A stretch of 64,000 bases of DNA from Bdellovibrionales bacterium (GTDB taxonomy: Bacteria; Bdellovibrionota; Bdellovibrionia; Bdellovibrionales; UBA1609). The notes beneath the pieces are model-generated. The model saw only the letters and a list, made by a program, of their open reading frames with translations, did no database searches and was not told the origin of the DNA. The position numbers were made by a program, and so were the translations under genes. Shown here piece by piece: positions 59,371 to 64,000 of the stretch (position 1 is the stretch's first letter; each line of letters opens with the position of its first letter). The stretch spans positions 576,001 through 640,000 of the forward strand of contig CBDCMT010000001.1 of assembly GCA_965219095.1 (NCBI GenBank), written 5' to 3'.

Positions 59371-60891
59371 GCCTCCTCAAAAGAATCTGTGGGTTCCCGG
59401 AGGTTCTGGCAGTTTTCCAAGGTTATGATATAAGGCGATTTTTATAGCTTTAGAGGTTCTAAAGCCGTAAGATTTTCTCATAGTGAGTTTTACTTTGTTG
59501 TTTAAACCCTCTACAATCCCTGAGGAGAAGGCTTTTTTAGCCTTGAAGTAATTAAGAATAAGTAGCTTATGTCTTCGTATGGTTTTTGCTTCTCTTTTCA
59601 TAGGTTCAATTTTTGAAAGCATGACTCGTCTCGTCCAACTGTCTATAAATTTACCAGACCAAGTTGGTGAAACATAGGTCCATAACTGTCGGAAGTCTTC
59701 TTTTAAAAAATAACAGCGGATACTTTTTAAATTGTACTGTATTAAATGCCTTAATTTTACTTTTTCATAAGATTTTAAATTTTCTGCATTTTTTAACAAG
59801 GGCCATCTAGCTTTTGTTAAAAGGGGTTCATACCCGTCTTCTTTCATTTTTTTGTGTTCTGAAGCTCTCACTTCGTCTAAAGCCTTATTGAGTCTTGCTA
59901 CGATATGAAACCGATCTAATATATTCAAAGCTTGACTTGCCCTTTCCTTTATTACTTTTAAATAGGGCTTCCACATATCAGAACACACAAACTGTATATC
60001 TTTTGACTTCTCTCCTAGTAAATCAAAAAACTTGTTGAAACTCTCCTCTGTTCTTTTTTCTCCTATCCATAGCAAACGAACACTTTCTTTGCTTATTTCA
60101 TAGACTAAGGTGAGATACTGATGGTTCTTTTTCCATTGTATTTCATCTACACCTATAGCTTGTATTCCCTTTAAAACCCTTTGTTTTAAACCATATTCTA
60201 CGACCCATTCTACCGAAGCATAGACCTGATTCCAACTGACATGAAACTTACAAGAAACCTCTTTCCAAGACAGGTGACGACACCAGTCAGCTAAGTACTT
60301 CATGTAAAAAATTGTTAGGTTTTTCTTCCCATCTGCCCAAGGTAAATACTCAACTTTTACTCCACAGCAAGAACAATTAACTCTTCTTACAAAATAAACA
60401 AAAAACACCCTGTAACTTAAAATAGGAAGGGATTCAAAGTCCCGTGATGATTTACTGCTGTCATACACTGAACAGGGCTTCTTACAAACACTACAAAAAG
60501 CTTGGCCATTTTTACGAGCCTTAATAGGAACATTAATTGACTTTCTATCTTTTGAAAAATAAATGTCTCCGTATACAAAAGACTTCCATCTTAAACAATC
60601 ATTTAGTATAGTCTTCAAAAGCATCTCTTCCCTCCTTTTTTTTTTTTTTTGAATAACATTTTAAGGCATCTGGGAAGTAGGTGCTTCTTTTTTAAAATTT
60701 TAATGTAACACAGCAAATAAAAGCAAATAAAATGAATGTTTTTGAGTTCAATCACCGGAGGTGATAGAGGCCAGTAAGGGCCTCAAAGAACTCAAAAATA
60801 CAAGATAGAATGTCTTACTCTTACTTTGATTAATATGAGCTCTTTTGGGGGATTTCTACTACTTTTCACCCACAGATTCCCGGGAGGAGCC
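59371..60891 (-). mobile_element. Complete ISL3-family element with 8-bp TSD AAAAATTG
   Basis: TSD at 59363-59370 and 60892-60899; isoform of 12466-13987. Confidence 0.95.
59377..60624 (-). CDS. ISL3 transposase
   Basis: 415 aa, near-identical to 12734-13981. Confidence 0.95.
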   Translation of the reverse strand: MLLKTILNDCLRWKSFVYGDIYFSKDRKSINVPIKARKNGQAFCSVCKKPCSVYDSSKSSRDFESLPILSYRVFFVYFVRRVNCSCCGVKVEYLPWADGKKNLTIFYMKYLADWCRHLSWKEVSCKFHVSWNQVYASVEWVVEYGLKQRVLKGIQAIGVDEIQWKKNHQYLTLVYEISKESVRLLWIGEKRTEESFNKFFDLLGEKSKDIQFVCSDMWKPYLKVIKERASQALNILDRFHIVARLNKALDEVRASEHKKMKEDGYEPLLTKARWPLLKNAENLKSYEKVKLRHLIQYNLKSIRCYFLKEDFRQLWTYVSPTWSGKFIDSWTRRVMLSKIEPMKREAKTIRRHKLLILNYFKAKKAFSSGIVEGLNNKVKLTMRKSYGFRTSKAIKIALYHNLGKLPEPPGTHRFF

Positions 60892-60898
60892 AAAAATT

Positions 60899-62001
60899 GT
60901 AACTGCTCACCTACATTGTTCAGTTATCCTTAACTTTAGACCTGTTTTAAGATAAAAGTCTTGCTCTTACAGATTTTCTTTTAAATACTCTTTTCAAATG
61001 ACAATAAATAAGACCTCCATCAGAAATGAGATTGAAAATATAAGAAGTGACTTTGATAAGCTTGCAAAGAAAGGTTCTGTGCCTACTGAGATTTCTGTGA
61101 TTGTTGAATCTCTCTTTAAGGTTGTGAACATTCTGATTGTTGTGTTTTTAGAAAAACAGGTTCGAAAAAATTCCAGCAACAGCGGTCTTCCTCCTTCGCA
61201 AGATTTTAGTCGTCAAGGGAATCGTAATAAGAAAGCTAGTGGGAGTCAGAAAAAGGGTTCTAGACTTGATAACAGTAAAGATACAAACAGTGAGGAGACT
61301 GTCTCTCCCTCAGAGTGTTCTCAGTGTGGGATGTTTTTAAAGACAGCAGAGGTAAAAAGCCTTGAGAAGCGTAAAAAGATTGATATTTTTTATGAAATTC
61401 AGACCCATACTGTAACTTCTGAAGTTAAGGATTGTCCCTCATGTGGAGCTAGAAATAAAGGTCAATTCCCTAAAGGTATGAGTGGTCCTCTTCAGTATGG
61501 TATAGGCATTAGAGCTTCCATCATCAATTTCATTATAGTTCAGATGCTGTCTTTTAGAGCGTGTTGGGGAACATTACATGGGGCTTATAGGTCGAATGAT
61601 TTCTCCTGCAGTTATGTTGAGATACATTGCTGAATTAGGAGAGTTTCTTAAAAGTTGGGAAGAGCAGATGAAAGAAAAGATACTTGAATCAGAGGTCATT
61701 CATGTTGATGAGACCTCTATGAGGGTTAAGGGTAAAAACTACTGGATTCATACTTATAGTTCAGGAGAATTAGTCTTGCAGTTTCTCCACCTTTCACGTG
61801 GAAGGGAAGCCATAAAAGATATTGGTCTCTTGGATAGATATGCAGGAGTGCTTGTGCATGATTGTTGGAGTCCTTACTTTTGTTATGATAAGATAACTCA
61901 TGCTTTGTGTGTGGCTCACCTTTTGAGAGAGCTTAAATTTATAGAAGAAAGCAATGGATTCAAATGGGCTACAAATCTCAAAAAACTTCTTAAAGAGACT
62001 G
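60899..62001 (+). mobile_element. Single-ORF IS66-family element, frameshifted and truncated by IS3
   Basis: Left end GTAACTGCTCACC; KNSSNS.LPPS, HVDET, LVHDCW, HALCVAHLLREL. Confidence 0.9.
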
Positions 62002-62054
62002 TGAACTTCCCCTGTTTCTGCGGACAGTCAATTTTCTCTTAAAGTCTCCATAAA

Positions 62055-62360
62055 ATGGAGGTAAAAGAAAGAATGGAAAAAGTAAAACAGTACTCGGAAG
62101 AGTTTAAAAAGCAAGCCATTGAATTGGCAGAGGAAATAGGTGCAAAGGAAGCCTCAGAGAAGCTAGGACTGAGAAATTTCCAAGTGATAAGCTCTTGGAA
62201 GCGTTTTCTAAAGCCTGAAGTAGAAAGACAAGCTTCCCATGACTTGGCTTCGGCATTGGAGGAAATAAAGAGGTTAAAAAAGGAGCTGGTCTATGAGAGG
62301 CGGAGTGTAGGTATATTGAAAGAGGCAGCGGCTTTTTTTTCAAAGGAAATCCTGAAATGA
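62055..62360 (+). CDS. IS3 transposase OrfA
   Basis: Same protein as 48449-48754. Confidence 0.92.
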   Translation: MEVKERMEKVKQYSEEFKKQAIELAEEIGAKEASEKLGLRNFQVISSWKRFLKPEVERQASHDLASALEEIKRLKKELVYERRSVGILKEAAAFFSKEILK

Positions 62361-63223
62361 GATTTAAGGCTATGTTTTATGTAAAAGAGAAAGGGCATCC
62401 AGTGCTTCGCATCTGCGAATTATTAAGAGGATCTCGTTCTGGTTTTTATAGTTTTTTAAAAACCAGGGGAAAGCTTGAAAAGGATAAAAATCTGGAGAAA
62501 AACATAGAATCTATTTTTAAAAAAAATAAAGGCTGTTATGGTTCCCCCAGGGTGTATAGGGAATTAAAGCGTTGCGGAGTGAGTGCTGGAGAAAACAAAG
62601 TAGCTCGAATTATGAAACTAAAGAATCTCAGTGCCCGTCAGAAAAAACCCTATGTTCCTAGAACAACAAAGAATAACCCTCTCATGATTAAGTCTCCTCG
62701 GTTGTTTAAGACAGGACAGAGCCAAGCAGGAAAAGAAAACCAGGTATGGTGTTCGGATTTAACCTATATTCCTTTTAGAGATAAATTTCTGTATTTGGTT
62801 GTATTTTTAGATGTCTATAATCGAGAGATTAAGTCTTGGAAGCTCTGTGAGAGCTTGGACGGGGTTCATTCAAAACAGGCTCTGAGAGCCGCAGTCCAAT
62901 CTGTTTCTGGGAACTTAGAGGGCTTGATAATCCACTCGGATCAAGGGGTTCAATATTGTTGTGAAGGGTTTAGAAAAGAATTGAAATTCTTTGGCCTCAA
63001 GCAATCTATGTCTAGGAAAGGAAATTGTTATGATAATGCGTTTGTGGAGAGCTTTTTCCATACGTTGAAGGATGAACTGGAATACAAAGACTGTACAACA
63101 AAGGAAGAGTTGGAGAAAAAAATTGCAATTTACATGGATTGGTATAACAAGGTAAGAATGCATTCTTCCTTGAAATACATGAGCCCAAAAGAATTTAAAC
63201 AAAGGAGGGCTTTAAGAACATAA
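62357..63223 (+). CDS. IS3 transposase OrfB
   Basis: DDE motifs as in 47565-48452; ATGA overlap with orfA. Confidence 0.93.
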   Translation: MRFKAMFYVKEKGHPVLRICELLRGSRSGFYSFLKTRGKLEKDKNLEKNIESIFKKNKGCYGSPRVYRELKRCGVSAGENKVARIMKLKNLSARQKKPYVPRTTKNNPLMIKSPRLFKTGQSQAGKENQVWCSDLTYIPFRDKFLYLVVFLDVYNREIKSWKLCESLDGVHSKQALRAAVQSVSGNLEGLIIHSDQGVQYCCEGFRKELKFFGLKQSMSRKGNCYDNAFVESFFHTLKDELEYKDCTTKEELEKKIAIYMDWYNKVRMHSSLKYMSPKEFKQRRALRT

Positions 63224-63252
63224 AAACTGTCCACTTTTTTGGGGGAAGATCA

Positions 63253-64000
63253 GAATCTCTTTTTCATCGGAATACTTCTTAATGAATATGATAGAGCATA
63301 TCACATAGAAAAACTTCGTTAACTGTCTTATAACTCCTGACTACCGTCTTCAAACTATTGATCTCAATAGCTCCACAAACATTCACTTTTTTTTCTCCAG
63401 CCTGAATTGGTCTTCACTTCAAACTTCTTACCCTCTCTTATCCAACCATATGAAATCGTAGGGCCCCACTCAGGATGTGTGGAATCAACAAAGTAAACAG
63501 GACCGTCTTTCTTCTTAATTCTCTTGTATTTACGCACAAACTTTTCCTGCTCTTCTCTCTTTGCCTTACCCGGTATCGCTGTGGCTTTTTTATAAGAAAA
63601 ACCAAGGCGATGGAGAAGATCAATCGCACCACTTGTTGAGTACGTAACACAAAAATTTTCCTCAATGAACTGAATAACGGTCTGTGATGATGGAAAAATT
63701 CTTTTCTCTAATTCCTTTAAAAGCATTTTCTCCTCTTTCTTAGTTAAAAAGGACCTTTTAGGGTTGTAATTGTCGTTGATTAAGCACTCTATCCCACCTT
63801 TGTTATAACGATCTCTACAGGCTCTTATCGTGCCCTCATCAATGAAAAGAAAGCAGGCAATATCTTTACACAACTTACCTTTATCTAAATGGAGAATTGT
63901 CATAATCCTTTTTGCGTATTTAAGATTTTTCTCTAGAGATAGTTCATAGAGTAAATCTTTTCGCTCTTTTTTTGATAGAAACCCTGACATATGAAACTAT
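63253..64000 (-). pseudogene. IS630 (type A) transposase, frameshifted and 3'-truncated by IS3
   Basis: N-terminal HTH and YFVDSTH; extra A in the WRK tract relative to the 24.8-kb copy. Confidence 0.88.

Larger units (their letters stand above)
62002..63252 (+). mobile_element. Complete IS3-family element (no TSD)
   Basis: TGAACTTCCCC...GGGGAAGATCA; 1251 bp. Confidence 0.94.

Noticed and set aside
1..64000. tRNA, rRNA, integrase, phage, defence or reverse-transcriptase genes
   Set aside because: None recognised by eye or in the ORF track

Overview
AT-rich bacterial chromosome segment, most likely from a Bdellovibrionota member. This is inferred from gene content and order (era-der, spoVG, aspS/PHA-system protein/rpoH, amgK-murU, ResB-like, mitochondrial-type aconitase, liu operon), not from a database search. 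About 40 housekeeping or accessory genes look intact. Many intergenic spaces hold insertion sequences or their debris from at least seven families: ISL3, IS3, IS5, IS66, IS110/IS1111, IS256 and IS630. No rRNA, tRNA or CRISPR array was seen. Main observations: (i) a hairpin-rich IS110 non-coding leader present twice with a conserved scaffold and a swapped patch (bridge-RNA candidate), nested inside an IS1111-type shell; (ii) tiny ISL3-derived scars, one a 38-bp element with an intact 8-bp TSD that splits an unannotated XRE-HTH gene; (iii) fold-back palindromes built from IS ends, up to a 43-bp stem; (iv) a secreted protein with a hierarchical Gly-rich repeat; (v) a GSII glutamine synthetase whose only plausible start codon is ATC; (vi) several apparent pseudo-enzymes.
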